A DNA stretch of 64,000 bases from an uncultured Desulfatitalea sp. (lineage in GTDB: Bacteria; Desulfobacterota; Desulfobacteria; Desulfobacterales; Desulfosarcinaceae): positions 2,048,001-2,112,000 of the forward strand of contig CAXXMB010000002.1 in assembly GCA_963668675.2 (NCBI GenBank), written 5' to 3'. The position numbers and the translations under genes are program-made. Each line of letters starts with the position of its first letter. Position 1 is the stretch's first letter. The notes under the pieces were generated by a model that searched no databases, had not been told where the DNA came from, and saw only the letters and a program-made list of their open reading frames with translations. Below are positions 11,067 through 20,393 of the stretch, in pieces.

Positions 11067-11594
11067 ATGACGATGCATATCAGAACCATGATCTGCCTCA
11101 CACTGGTGTTGGGGGCTACCGCCTGCTCGGTCATGCCGGCAGATGTCTCAAAAGATGCCATGCCCGAAATACCCTTTGCCCAACTGATCCGGGAAGCCGA
11201 AAGGCACAGGGGAGAGACGGTGGTGCTCGGCGGGTATGTGGTCGAAGTTACCAACCTGAAACAGCAGAGTCTGATGATTGCGGTGCAGGCACCATTAAGA
11301 AACACGCAGGAGCCGAAAACCAAAGATCTCTCCCAAGGGCGGCTCGTGATCAACTATCAGGGGTTTCTCGACCCTGAAGTCTATCAAAAAGATCGAAAAA
11401 TCACGGTTGCCGGCAAGGTCATGGCCAGTTCGCAGACGGAACAGGATACATACCCGTATCCCTATCTGCGCATCGATCTGACCCATATCCACCTGTGGCC
11501 TGTTGAGAAACCGGTGCCTTACGATCCCTACTGGGATCCCTGGGGGCCGCGATACCGATATGACCCGTATTGGCGCCACCCCTATTGGTGGTAA
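11067..11594 (+). CDS. Slp family outer-membrane lipoprotein
   Basis: Lipobox ATAC, VVLGG, GFLDPEVY, ITVAG. Confidence 0.85.
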   Translation: MTMHIRTMICLTLVLGATACSVMPADVSKDAMPEIPFAQLIREAERHRGETVVLGGYVVEVTNLKQQSLMIAVQAPLRNTQEPKTKDLSQGRLVINYQGFLDPEVYQKDRKITVAGKVMASSQTEQDTYPYPYLRIDLTHIHLWPVEKPVPYDPYWDPWGPRYRYDPYWRHPYWW

Positions 11595-11678
11595 TCGAAG
11601 ATGGGAACAGAGCACCTTGGCACGTGCCCCATCCAAGGGCGCGATCCACGAATAACTGTCAACTCACGGGAAATTGAA

Positions 11679-12179
11679 ATGAGACAAAAAAACCATTTGA
11701 TATGGGGCGTAGGACTTGTTCTGTTATGGTTGGTCGGCTGTGGCGGGGGCATCTCAAAACAGATCCGTTCACAAGTCACCTATTCGGGATCGTTCAAGGC
11801 GCTTCAAAAAGCCCCGCAAGAACAGATTGGCACCACAGTGATTTTCGGTGGCAAAATCATCGCCATCGAACCCAAAGACGACCGTACAGAGCTGCTGGTG
11901 CTGCAGCTGCCCCTTGATGCATCGGATAGGCCCGAAGATAACGGCCAATCGGACGGGCGCTTTATTCTGAGTTCTCGGCAGTTCGTCGACCCGGCCCTCT
12001 ATCCGAAAGGATCACTGATCACCGCAGTCGGGCAGCTCGAAGCGAGTGAAGAGAGGCTCATCGGCCAAATGCCCTACCGATACCCGGTAATTGCCCCGCT
12101 GGAGATAAAAAAGTGGCCGCCCCGGACCGACAGCGGTCCCCGATTCCATATCGGCATCGGCGTGGGAAAAACCTTCTGA
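11679..12179 (+). CDS. Slp family outer-membrane lipoprotein (second copy)
   Basis: Lipobox LVGC, VIFGG, GRF, FVDPALY, YRYPVI. Confidence 0.85.
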   Translation: MRQKNHLIWGVGLVLLWLVGCGGGISKQIRSQVTYSGSFKALQKAPQEQIGTTVIFGGKIIAIEPKDDRTELLVLQLPLDASDRPEDNGQSDGRFILSSRQFVDPALYPKGSLITAVGQLEASEERLIGQMPYRYPVIAPLEIKKWPPRTDSGPRFHIGIGVGKTF

Positions 12180-12353
12180 GCCATCGTCTGTTGTTCCTAT
12201 GGAACAGTAACGGGGAAGCCAGAGGAAAAACCAAGTAAAGAGAGGCCTGCCGATCAACGGCGCTGAATGAATAGGCACGCCCTTGCAGTTTCCAAAGCAA
12301 TGGGATATTTCAAAAAACAGATGCCATTTAAGGCAGGACAAAGGAGATGCGGC

Positions 12354-12653
12354 ATGAAGATCACAAATGAGATACCACCTGTCTACGCCAAACAGGCCAT
12401 CGCACCAGGACAGTCTGTTGAAAAGCCCGCGGAGACCCAGCTGGCAGATACGAAGGGCGCAGACCGGGTTAACATCTCAGCCAAAGCCCGCGAGCTGCAA
12501 GCCGCGCAGCAGGCCGTACGACAAATGCCCGAAATCGACATGGAAAAGGTGGCAAAGATCAAAGCACAACTCGAAGAGGGCACCTACCACGTCGACGCCC
12601 AAAAGACGGCTGCAACCATTCTGGCCGAGTCACTGATCCGTCAAAATGATTGA
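12354..12653 (+). CDS. flgM: Anti-sigma-28 factor FlgM
   Basis: DRVNISAKAREL, KVAKIKAQLEEGTYHVD; AAGGAG RBS. Confidence 0.85.
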   Translation: MKITNEIPPVYAKQAIAPGQSVEKPAETQLADTKGADRVNISAKARELQAAQQAVRQMPEIDMEKVAKIKAQLEEGTYHVDAQKTAATILAESLIRQND

Positions 12654-12688
12654 TCCCGGACCACACTGGCACCACGGAGGATGACCGC

Positions 12689-13093
12689 ATGCGCAGGAGT
12701 CCCATATTACTGTATTTCCTCGGCCTGGCCGTGCTGCTGATATCAGCCTGCAGCTCGACCGCAGAGAATCGTTCGCTAAAGACGTATGACCCATTGATCC
12801 GGGCCGGTTTCGTAGTGCGTGAAGCGGACACGCCCCGAAAGCTCGAAATCGTACGAACGCTTCCCCAGAGGACCGTGGTGCCGTTCAGTTATCAAGGCCG
12901 GCAACTCTATATCTACGCCATGGAGTCGTGCCAATGCGCTTATGTGGGAGAAGAGGAAAATTATGCCCGGCTTACCCACGCCATTCGTGAAGATCAACCG
13001 GATAAGCGCTCCCTCTATAGCATCTCTCCAGAACACCTGCTGCTGACCCCCGGCATCGATGACGATCAGCTGTCGTTCATTCTCGGCCGATAG
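12689..13093 (+). CDS. Hypothetical lipoprotein
   Basis: GGAGG RBS, lipobox ISAC, CQC motif. Confidence 0.7.
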   Translation: MRRSPILLYFLGLAVLLISACSSTAENRSLKTYDPLIRAGFVVREADTPRKLEIVRTLPQRTVVPFSYQGRQLYIYAMESCQCAYVGEEENYARLTHAIREDQPDKRSLYSISPEHLLLTPGIDDDQLSFILGR

Positions 13094-13119
13094 CGCCAAC
13101 CAGATCCAAATCTGTTCAC

Positions 13120-13163
13120 AAAAAAAACCCTGCGGTGCAGGCAGCGCCGCAGGGTTTCTCTTT
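13120..13163. terminator. Bidirectional intrinsic terminator
   Basis: aaaccctgcggtgc/gcgccgcagggttt stem flanked by A- and T-rich tracts between convergent genes. Confidence 0.8.
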
Positions 13164-13185
13164 CTATCGATTTTAAATACCCGAA

Positions 13186-14823
13186 CTATCGGGTGAGAAT
13201 CTTTTTCGCAAGTTCGTCATTGACATCAGAGCAGTGCGTGATGCCCGTCTCTTTCGCGGTCTCGCGGTTGGCTGAAAAGATGTCACCGCGGGTAAGCTGG
13301 TTCAGGGAGAATTTCCGCGCGCCGGCCATCAGTTGCTGCAACCCGCAGGAGAGTTTGTCGGCCATGGTCCAGAAAGCCATCGCACCGTAAGGGATCTTCT
13401 TCATTTCGTCCTTGCCGATCTTCTTCTGAATGTCGAAGTAGCAGGCAAAGATTTCGTCCGGGGTAGCGCCAAGATCTGCCACGGTCTTAGGCAGTCGCTC
13501 CCAGTTACCACTCACCGCCTCTTTGCGCTCCGGATGCAGCGCGCCCTCAATATTGGCCCCCAGATACCCGGGAATCATCACAGCCCGGCCCATGCAGACC
13601 ATCTTGGTATACGGTGCACCCAAGGCCAGTGCCTTGAAAATGCTGTCCTCCAAAGCAAATCCGCCGGCAAAGGAGAGATCCACCACCCGCGCCCCCTGGG
13701 CTGCCAGGATGCTGGCATATTCATATGCCTTAGAGTGCAAATTGATAGAGGGGACACCCCAGCTCTGCATCATGTTCCACGGGCTCATGCCGGTGCCGCC
13801 GCCCGAGCCGTCGATGGTCAACAAATCCATCTTGGCGTCGGTGGCAAACTTGATGGCCATGGCCAACTCTTCCATGCCGTATGAACCGGTCTTGAGGGAG
13901 ATGCGCTTAAAGCCCAGGCTGCGCAGGTAATCCACGCTCTTCATGAAATCCTCACGTACCAGATCCACATTGTCCAGATTGGTGCCGCCGAGACGGCTAT
14001 GCCGGGCAAACGAACGGATGGCGCCCTTTTCAAAGGCCTCCTGTACCTCTTTCAGTTCAGGATTGGGATCGACCACATAGCCGCGCTTCTTCAAAAAGAG
14101 GGCATAATCGATGCTGGTCACCTGGATCTCCCCGCCGATATCCTTGGCCCCTTGGCCCCACTTGAGTTCGATGATGCATTTGTCGCCGTATTTTTCGGCT
14201 ACATATTCGGCCACACCGTTGCGCGTATCTTCCACGTTCATCTGAACAAAAATACCGCCGTAGCCATCAAAATAGCGAAGGTAGGTATTGATGCGTCGGT
14301 CCAGTTCAGGCGCCTTGGAAATTTTACCCTTTTTGATCTCCGACTCACGGTCGACGCCGACCACATTTTCGCCGATAACGATAGGCATTCCCACCAGGGC
14401 GCCGCCCACGGCAAAAGCGTCCCAGTACTTGGCGGCGATGAAGGTGGATCCCAGAGCGCCGGTCATCAACGGGATTCGGGCTTTGGTCTTCACTTCGTTG
14501 CCGAACTCGGTAGTGAGATCCACATTGGGAAAGATGCAGTCATCCGGATCGTTGGACAGATTACCCCTGAGGCCGTGCGCGCCATAGGCATAGCCTTGTA
14601 TCCGCAATGAATTGTAGGAGACACCCACATGCGTGGTGTTGTCGGCGCCGGCGGTAACCAAACCGAAATCGCGCGGGTAGAGCAGTTTGCGGCCCACCAG
14701 GCTGGACATCCAGGTTTCACATTTGCCTTCGCAATCGGCGCGGCACAGGGTACACAGACCAGACTCGGCCACATTGCCGCGGTTCACGGTCCCTAGTACA
14801 TCATTTCTTTTGTCAAAACGCAT
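13186..14823 (-). CDS. FMN-binding glutamate synthase family protein (stand-alone FMN domain)
   Basis: IELKWGQGAK, TIDGSGGGTGMSP, AGG..KALALGA..MGR; N-terminal CTLCRADCEGKC; AGGAGG RBS. Confidence 0.9.
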   Translation of the reverse strand: MRFDKRNDVLGTVNRGNVAESGLCTLCRADCEGKCETWMSSLVGRKLLYPRDFGLVTAGADNTTHVGVSYNSLRIQGYAYGAHGLRGNLSNDPDDCIFPNVDLTTEFGNEVKTKARIPLMTGALGSTFIAAKYWDAFAVGGALVGMPIVIGENVVGVDRESEIKKGKISKAPELDRRINTYLRYFDGYGGIFVQMNVEDTRNGVAEYVAEKYGDKCIIELKWGQGAKDIGGEIQVTSIDYALFLKKRGYVVDPNPELKEVQEAFEKGAIRSFARHSRLGGTNLDNVDLVREDFMKSVDYLRSLGFKRISLKTGSYGMEELAMAIKFATDAKMDLLTIDGSGGGTGMSPWNMMQSWGVPSINLHSKAYEYASILAAQGARVVDLSFAGGFALEDSIFKALALGAPYTKMVCMGRAVMIPGYLGANIEGALHPERKEAVSGNWERLPKTVADLGATPDEIFACYFDIQKKIGKDEMKKIPYGAMAFWTMADKLSCGLQQLMAGARKFSLNQLTRGDIFSANRETAKETGITHCSDVNDELAKKILTR

Positions 14824-14920
14824 GCTGTCTCCTCCTTAAACGTTGATGTCGCCAGTAGTGAAACCGGCGCTTGATTGACGTAAAAATCCGGTTGGGGATC
14901 CCGAAATTTTTTCCACTCCA

Positions 14921-15055
14921 TACAAAACAGCAAAGGCACCTATCCCTGTCTGGGGATGAAGCGATACACAGACGCCTTTGTCTTTGATGGGAAGTTTTTA
15001 GCGCACCACGATGTGCGAAAGGTAGGCGGAGGCCCGGCGGCTGGTCTTCGTTGAC
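14921..15055 (-). promoter_or_regulatory. ANTAR-binding antitermination leader: three AxxGxx hexaloop hairpins plus overlapping terminator
   Basis: Minus strand GUC-AACGAA-GAC, CGCAC-AUCGUG-GUGCG, AGAC-AAAGGC-GUCU; the last overlaps the 5' arm of stem CAAAGGCGUC/GGUGCCUUUG followed by CUGUUUUG. Confidence 0.8.
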
Positions 15056-15230
15056 AAGCCAAACTAAACTTAATCAACCATTTTTAGTTTCACTAATGTA
15101 TTTAGTCAAGAAAAAACAGACAGCGGTTTTTGTTCAGCCCCTGTTGATTAAATTGGAAAAAATTCAGTTCGGCTAAATAAACCGGGAAAGTATTTATGCC
15201 AGCCTTAGTTGATTCGTTACATCAAATGCC

Positions 15231-15953
15231 CTATTGGTTTGAATTCAGCTCTTCGGAAAGCAGCACGGCCTCGGCCACACGGCGCATGGATTTGCGCGAA
15301 TCCATGCTCTTTTTACGCAACCAACGATAGGCTTGATCACCCGTCAGGCTCATGCGCTGCATCAGAATCTCTTTGGCGCGTTCAACCTGCTTGCGGGTCT
15401 CGAGTTCCTCTTGAATTACCTGGGTCTTCACCATCAGTTCGGTGTTCAGGATGGCCACCGCCGCCTGGTTGGCCACCGCAGTGAGCAGATTGACCTCGGT
15501 ATGGGAAAATTCGTAACTCTCCATGGTGAAGCAGTTGAGTACCCCGATCACCTTCTCATCCTTGAGAAGCAGAGGCACACCGACCATCGACACCAACCCC
15601 ATCTGCTTGGCCATCTCCTTCTCTTTGAAACGGCGGTTGCGCATGACACTTTTGATAATCAGCGGTTTGCGGTGGGTAGCCACATATCCGACCACCCCCT
15701 CGTCCAGGTTGAGGCTACGGTCTTTCACATACTCGGGGGCAATGGCCTGAGTGGCTTTCAGACGAATCTTGGGCGGACTGACCGTCTCGTCGATCAACCA
15801 GAGAGAGCAAATATCCACCCCGGTAACCTTGGCCGTAACCATGACAATCAGCTTAAGCAGATCCTCCAGGTAGATATCCGATGTGATGGCATGGCTGATA
15901 TCGGTCAGCGCCTGGATATAGTCATCGTATGTTTGGCTCAGGATTTTATCCAT
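15231..15953 (-). CDS. GAF + ANTAR domain RNA-binding regulator
   Basis: GAF domain then LETRKQVERAKEILM..AYRWLRKKSMDSRKSMRRVAEAV. Confidence 0.92.
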   Translation of the reverse strand: MDKILSQTYDDYIQALTDISHAITSDIYLEDLLKLIVMVTAKVTGVDICSLWLIDETVSPPKIRLKATQAIAPEYVKDRSLNLDEGVVGYVATHRKPLIIKSVMRNRRFKEKEMAKQMGLVSMVGVPLLLKDEKVIGVLNCFTMESYEFSHTEVNLLTAVANQAAVAILNTELMVKTQVIQEELETRKQVERAKEILMQRMSLTGDQAYRWLRKKSMDSRKSMRRVAEAVLLSEELNSNQ

Positions 15954-16118
15954 TTAAATAAAATTGTTTCCCTGTGCATTGCGGTTAGGTCAAAGGACGT
16001 TTATTTTAAACTGTCGAAATAACCAAATACCAGTTCGAACTATATTCGTAAACAGACTTAAAATTCAAGGGGGCACGCCAAAACCCTATCGAGCAGACCT
16101 CACAGCGAGGAGTCCAAC

Positions 16119-16640
16119 ATGGCCAAACGCCTTTTGATTGTTATCGACATGCTGAACGATTTCATCCAGAGCGATGGCGCCCTCTTCTGCGGTGATACGG
16201 CCCAGGCGATCGTGCCGTTCATCCAGGAGCGACTGACCTGCTACCGCGAAAATGGTGACCCGGTCATCTATCTGCAGGATGCCCATTCGCCCGACGACAA
16301 GGAGTTCGATCGATTTCCGCCACACTGCGTGGCCGGCACATCGGGCAGCGACATCATCGAACCGCTGGCCCCGCACCCCGGCGAGACCGTGCTGCCCAAA
16401 ACCCGCTACAGCGGCTTTTACCGAACCGATCTGGATAAGATCCTGGCAGAAATACAACCCGATGAGGTCGAGGTGGTCGGGGTGTGCACCTCCATATGCG
16501 TCATGGATACCGTGGGCGGACTCGCCAACCGGGACTACGCCGTTCATGTGCCGAAAAAAGGGGTGGCCGATTTCGACGAACAGTTCCACACCTTTGCACT
16601 CAAGCGCATGCAACAGCTCTATGGGGCTCGGCTCTCATGA
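16119..16640 (+). CDS. pncA: Nicotinamidase / isochorismatase family hydrolase
   Basis: IDMLNDF, DAH, HCV, KTRYSGF, GVCTSICV; coupled to pncB. Confidence 0.85.
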   Translation: MAKRLLIVIDMLNDFIQSDGALFCGDTAQAIVPFIQERLTCYRENGDPVIYLQDAHSPDDKEFDRFPPHCVAGTSGSDIIEPLAPHPGETVLPKTRYSGFYRTDLDKILAEIQPDEVEVVGVCTSICVMDTVGGLANRDYAVHVPKKGVADFDEQFHTFALKRMQQLYGARLS

Positions 16641-17962
16641 CATTTCCAGGACCGCTTTTCACCGACCTGTACGAACTGACCATGGCGGCCACCTACTTCG
16701 ATAGCGGGGTCACTGGCCAGGGAACCTTCTCCCTCTTTGCGCGCCGAGATCCCCAGCGCGGCTACTTCGTCAGTGCTGGAACTGAGACGGCTCTCGACTT
16801 TCTGGAAAAATTTCAGTTCGAAGAGACAGATCTTGCCTACCTGCGCCGTTTGGATCTCTTTTCAGATGACTTTTTAAATCACCTCGCCACACTGCGCTTT
16901 ACCGGCGACGTGTGGGCGATGCCCGAAGGCACACCCTTTTTCGGTGATGAACCCATTATTGAGGTGACCGCACCAATCATCCAGGGCCAGTTGATTGAAA
17001 CCTATCTTATCAACACCGTGGGCCTGGCCAGCATGATCGCCACCAAAGCCGCCCGATGCGTGCACGCTGCCCAGGGACGGAGCCTCATCGATTTCTCCCT
17101 GCGCCGCACCCAGGGGGTGGATGCAGGCCTGGCCGCAGCCCGGAGCACCTATCTGGCCGGATTCGATGCCACCAGCAACGTACTGGCCGGCCAGAAAGAA
17201 GCCATTCCCGTGGCCGGCACCATGGCCCACTCGTTTGTGTTGGCGTTCGACAATGAAATCGAAGCGTTTCGGGCCTATGCACGCCTCTTCCCCCAACAGA
17301 CCGTCCTGCTCATCGACACCTACGACACCATCCAGGGCGCCTACCACGCCGTGCAAGTGGCCTTGGAGATGGCCACCACAGGGGACCGACTCAGAGGGGT
17401 CCGACTGGACAGCGGTGACATGATCGAGTTGAGCCGCCAGGTTCGCCACATTTTTGACGATGCGGGTTTTAAAGATGTGAGGATATTCGCAAGCGGTGGG
17501 TTCGATGAGTATGGCGTGTCCGAGGCACTGGCCAAAGAGGCCCCGATCGATGCTTTCGGCGTCGGCACCAAGGTTGGCGTATCCGCAGATGCACCCTATA
17601 TGGACATGGTCTACAAGCTGACTCAATTCGACACGCGACCGGTCCGTAAACTCTCCGAGGCAAAAGCGACCCTGGCAGGTGCAAAGCAGGTTTATCGCCG
17701 CTCATCCTCCAAAACCGGCCAGTATGTCGAGGATATCATTTCGCTGCGTGAAGAACCCATCGATGACGCCGCCCCCCTCCTCAAGCCAGTGATGCAGTCG
17801 GGGCGTCGCCTCGAACCAGCACCTTTCCTGTCGCAAACCAGAGATGCCTTTCAGGATCGTTTCAAAACCCTGCCCGCCTCTTTCAAAGCGTTGGCGAACC
17901 CCGCCATCTATCCTGTCCTGGTGAGTGACGGATTGAAGGCGCTGCAACAACAGATACCGTAA
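16637..17962 (+). CDS. pncB: Nicotinate phosphoribosyltransferase
   Basis: TDLYELTM, DFSLRR, GTMAHS, LIDTYD, VRLDSGD; ATGA overlap with pncA stop. Confidence 0.95.
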   Translation: MTFPGPLFTDLYELTMAATYFDSGVTGQGTFSLFARRDPQRGYFVSAGTETALDFLEKFQFEETDLAYLRRLDLFSDDFLNHLATLRFTGDVWAMPEGTPFFGDEPIIEVTAPIIQGQLIETYLINTVGLASMIATKAARCVHAAQGRSLIDFSLRRTQGVDAGLAAARSTYLAGFDATSNVLAGQKEAIPVAGTMAHSFVLAFDNEIEAFRAYARLFPQQTVLLIDTYDTIQGAYHAVQVALEMATTGDRLRGVRLDSGDMIELSRQVRHIFDDAGFKDVRIFASGGFDEYGVSEALAKEAPIDAFGVGTKVGVSADAPYMDMVYKLTQFDTRPVRKLSEAKATLAGAKQVYRRSSSKTGQYVEDIISLREEPIDDAAPLLKPVMQSGRRLEPAPFLSQTRDAFQDRFKTLPASFKALANPAIYPVLVSDGLKALQQQIP

Positions 17963-17998
17963 AAAACCGGCCGGGGAATTGGATCTACCCCGGCCGGT
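17961..17998 (-). terminator. Intrinsic terminator between pncB and hsp20
   Basis: accggccgggg/ccccggccggt stem with A6 on the left (U-tract on minus strand). Confidence 0.75.
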
Positions 17999-18048
17999 CG
18001 TTGATTGCAGGTACCCGGCTCTATCCCGGCCTTCAGGTCAGCGGCAGG

Positions 18049-18492
18049 TTAGTGAACCATAATCTGCTTTGGTTTGGGCACCTCAGGCTTGGGGATCTCG
18101 ATCTTCAATACGCCATCCTTAAACTCTGCCTTGATGGCATCCGGATCCACTTCAGCGGGAAGGGCAAAAGAACGTTCAAACCGACCATATACACGCTCGC
18201 GCCGATAGTAGTTGTCTTCGGTGACCTCGTTTTCACCGTCACGCTCCCCCTTGAGCGTCAGCGTGCGACCATCTAAATCGACAGCAATCTGATCCTTGTC
18301 CACACCGGGCAACTCCGCTTTCACAACAATCGCTTCATCGTTTTCATAAACATCCACGGCCGGATTCCAGTTCCAATTCCGATCATCTCTGCTGACACCG
18401 CTGGCGGGGGCGAAAAAATCATCCCATAGCGTATTGAAACGGCTGTTCAGATTGAAAAATCCCCCAGTTGGATTCCATCTCATCAGTTCCAT
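18049..18492 (-). CDS. Small heat-shock protein Hsp20
   Basis: PAVDVYE, AELPGV, RERVYGRFERSF, DGVLKIEIPK; AGGAGG RBS. Confidence 0.95.
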   Translation of the reverse strand: MELMRWNPTGGFFNLNSRFNTLWDDFFAPASGVSRDDRNWNWNPAVDVYENDEAIVVKAELPGVDKDQIAVDLDGRTLTLKGERDGENEVTEDNYYRRERVYGRFERSFALPAEVDPDAIKAEFKDGVLKIEIPKPEVPKPKQIMVH

Positions 18493-18659
18493 AACGACAC
18501 CTCCTGTTAACCTGGTTCGAATGCTCACGGGTACCTTGGTTTCAATTCCCGTTTGAACAGAAAGGTAACAACAGGATGTGATGTGTCAATATTGTCACAT
18601 TACTTTTTAGTAAACATTTATTAAGTAATACAGAGCGGCGTGGGTTGCCCTCACGGGGA

Positions 18660-18838
18660 GGCGAGACCAGTGGGTGGTCTGCACCTGGTCAGCATTGCGT
18701 GTCAGTGCCGTTTAGGTGCAGTGGAGAATCAGCGGCCCGGACTGTTTGAGCGCAGCGAGTTTCCGGGCCGCCCGGAACTGCGCCTTAACGGCACTTGCAC
18801 GCGTTTGCGTCAGGTGCAGACCACCCACTGGTCTCGCC
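18660..18838. repeat. 179-bp nested inverted-repeat element (MITE/REP-like)
   Basis: Perfect 28-bp terminal IR, 22/26 middle IR, perfect 10-bp inner stem around ctgtttgagcgcagcgagtt. Confidence 0.85.
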
Positions 18839-18901
18839 GGATTTTATGCTCGAAAGGTAAGCGACAAACCTTAAATAATCGTCAACAATCGAAAAGAGAC
18901 C

Positions 18902-20305
18902 TTACCATCCCCACGTCAAATACTTATGGATCGAATCGGCCGCCGCACGCCCGGCTCCCATGGCCAAAATAACCGTCGCCGCACCAGTGACGATATCGCC
19001 GCCGGCCCACACTCCGGCCTTCGACGTCTTCCCGTTATCGGGATCGGTCTCCACATAGCCCCACTTGTTGAGCTGCAGATCCGGCGTGGATTGGGTCAGC
19101 AATGGATTGGCCCCCGACCCGACGGCAACGATCACCAGATCGGTCTCCAAGTCGAACTCCGACCCCTCGATGGGAATCGGACGGCGGCGTCCCGAATCAT
19201 CCGGCTCGCCAAGCTCCATCTTCAAACAGCGCATGCCGGTCAGGCGACCGCTGTCGTCCCCCATATACTCAACAGGGTTGGTCAGCAAAAAGAATTCGAT
19301 CCCCTCCTCCTCGGCATGGTGTATTTCGGCGCCACGGGCCGGCATCTCATCCCTTGAGCGGCGATAGACGATCCGCACCGAATCGGCCCCCAGACGCATT
19401 GCTGTGCGGGCCGAATCCATTGCCACATTTCCGGCACCCAGCACAACCACATTTTTACCGTGTGGGATCGGCGTGTCCACATCAGGAAACTTGTAGGCTT
19501 TCATCAGGTTGGCCCGGGTGAGGTACTCGTTGGCCGAAAGGATGCCGATCAGGTTCTCACCGGGAATGTTCATGAAGCGCGGCAGGCCCGCGCCTACCCC
19601 CAGATAGATTGCATCGTACCCCTGTTCGAACAGCTCATCCAACGATACCGTGCGTCCCACCACCGTATTGCACTCGACCTTGACCCCCAAGCGCTCCAGG
19701 AAATTGACCTCCTGGGCCACAATGGCCTTGGGAAGTCTGAATTCGGGAATACCGTAGACCAGCACGCCGCCAGGCTTGTGAAAAGCCTCCATCACCGTCA
19801 CATCGTGTCCTTTAAGGATCAGGTCTCCGGCCACGGTCAGGCCAGAGGGGCCAGAGCCCACCACGGCTACACGCTTGCCGGTCGACTCGGCCTTGGGCGG
19901 CAACTCGCCGGTACCGTGCTCACGCTCATAGTCGGCGCAGAAACGCTCCAGGTTGCCGATGGCCACCGGGGCGCCCTTTTTCGCCAGTACGCACTTTCCT
20001 TCACACTGAATCTCCTGGGGACAGACCCGCCCGCACACCGCAGGCAGAGCGTTCTGAGTCCAGATGTAACGAATGGCCGCCGTCAAATCGCCTTCGGTGA
20101 CCAGATGAATAAAGCCGGGGATATCCACCCCTACCGGACATCCGGTCACACAGCCCGGCTTCTTGCATTGAATGCAGCGGGCCGCCTCCTCTTGGGCCAT
20201 CTTGACCGTATATCCTGTGGGAACCTCTTCGAAATTGCGTTTGCGAATATTGGGGTCCTGCTCGGGCATGGGCACGCGGCCGGGCTTCTCTTTTTTTTCC
20301 GCCAT
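18902..20305 (-). CDS. nfnB: NfnB / GltD-like large subunit of electron-bifurcating transhydrogenase
   Basis: RCIQC..CVTGCP, CGRVCPQEIQCE, GSGPSG, GAGNVAMD; paired with nfnA. Confidence 0.85.
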   Translation of the reverse strand: MAEKKEKPGRVPMPEQDPNIRKRNFEEVPTGYTVKMAQEEAARCIQCKKPGCVTGCPVGVDIPGFIHLVTEGDLTAAIRYIWTQNALPAVCGRVCPQEIQCEGKCVLAKKGAPVAIGNLERFCADYEREHGTGELPPKAESTGKRVAVVGSGPSGLTVAGDLILKGHDVTVMEAFHKPGGVLVYGIPEFRLPKAIVAQEVNFLERLGVKVECNTVVGRTVSLDELFEQGYDAIYLGVGAGLPRFMNIPGENLIGILSANEYLTRANLMKAYKFPDVDTPIPHGKNVVVLGAGNVAMDSARTAMRLGADSVRIVYRRSRDEMPARGAEIHHAEEEGIEFFLLTNPVEYMGDDSGRLTGMRCLKMELGEPDDSGRRRPIPIEGSEFDLETDLVIVAVGSGANPLLTQSTPDLQLNKWGYVETDPDNGKTSKAGVWAGGDIVTGAATVILAMGAGRAAADSIHKYLTWGW

Positions 20306-20393
20306 GACACCTCCTGTTGAAGAAACGACAGCCCTCAGCTGTCGTTGTGAATCGTCTCAAGCTTCACTTGCGGTCCAATCCGTTTTCGGCGCC

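Noticed and set aside
12273..12287. Sigma54-like AGGCACGCCCTTGCA upstream of flgM
   Set aside because: GG-to-GC spacing is 9 nt, not the required 10.
16484..16636. Apparent N-terminal extension of PncB
   Set aside because: Overlaps pncA; ATGA coupling indicates start at 16637.
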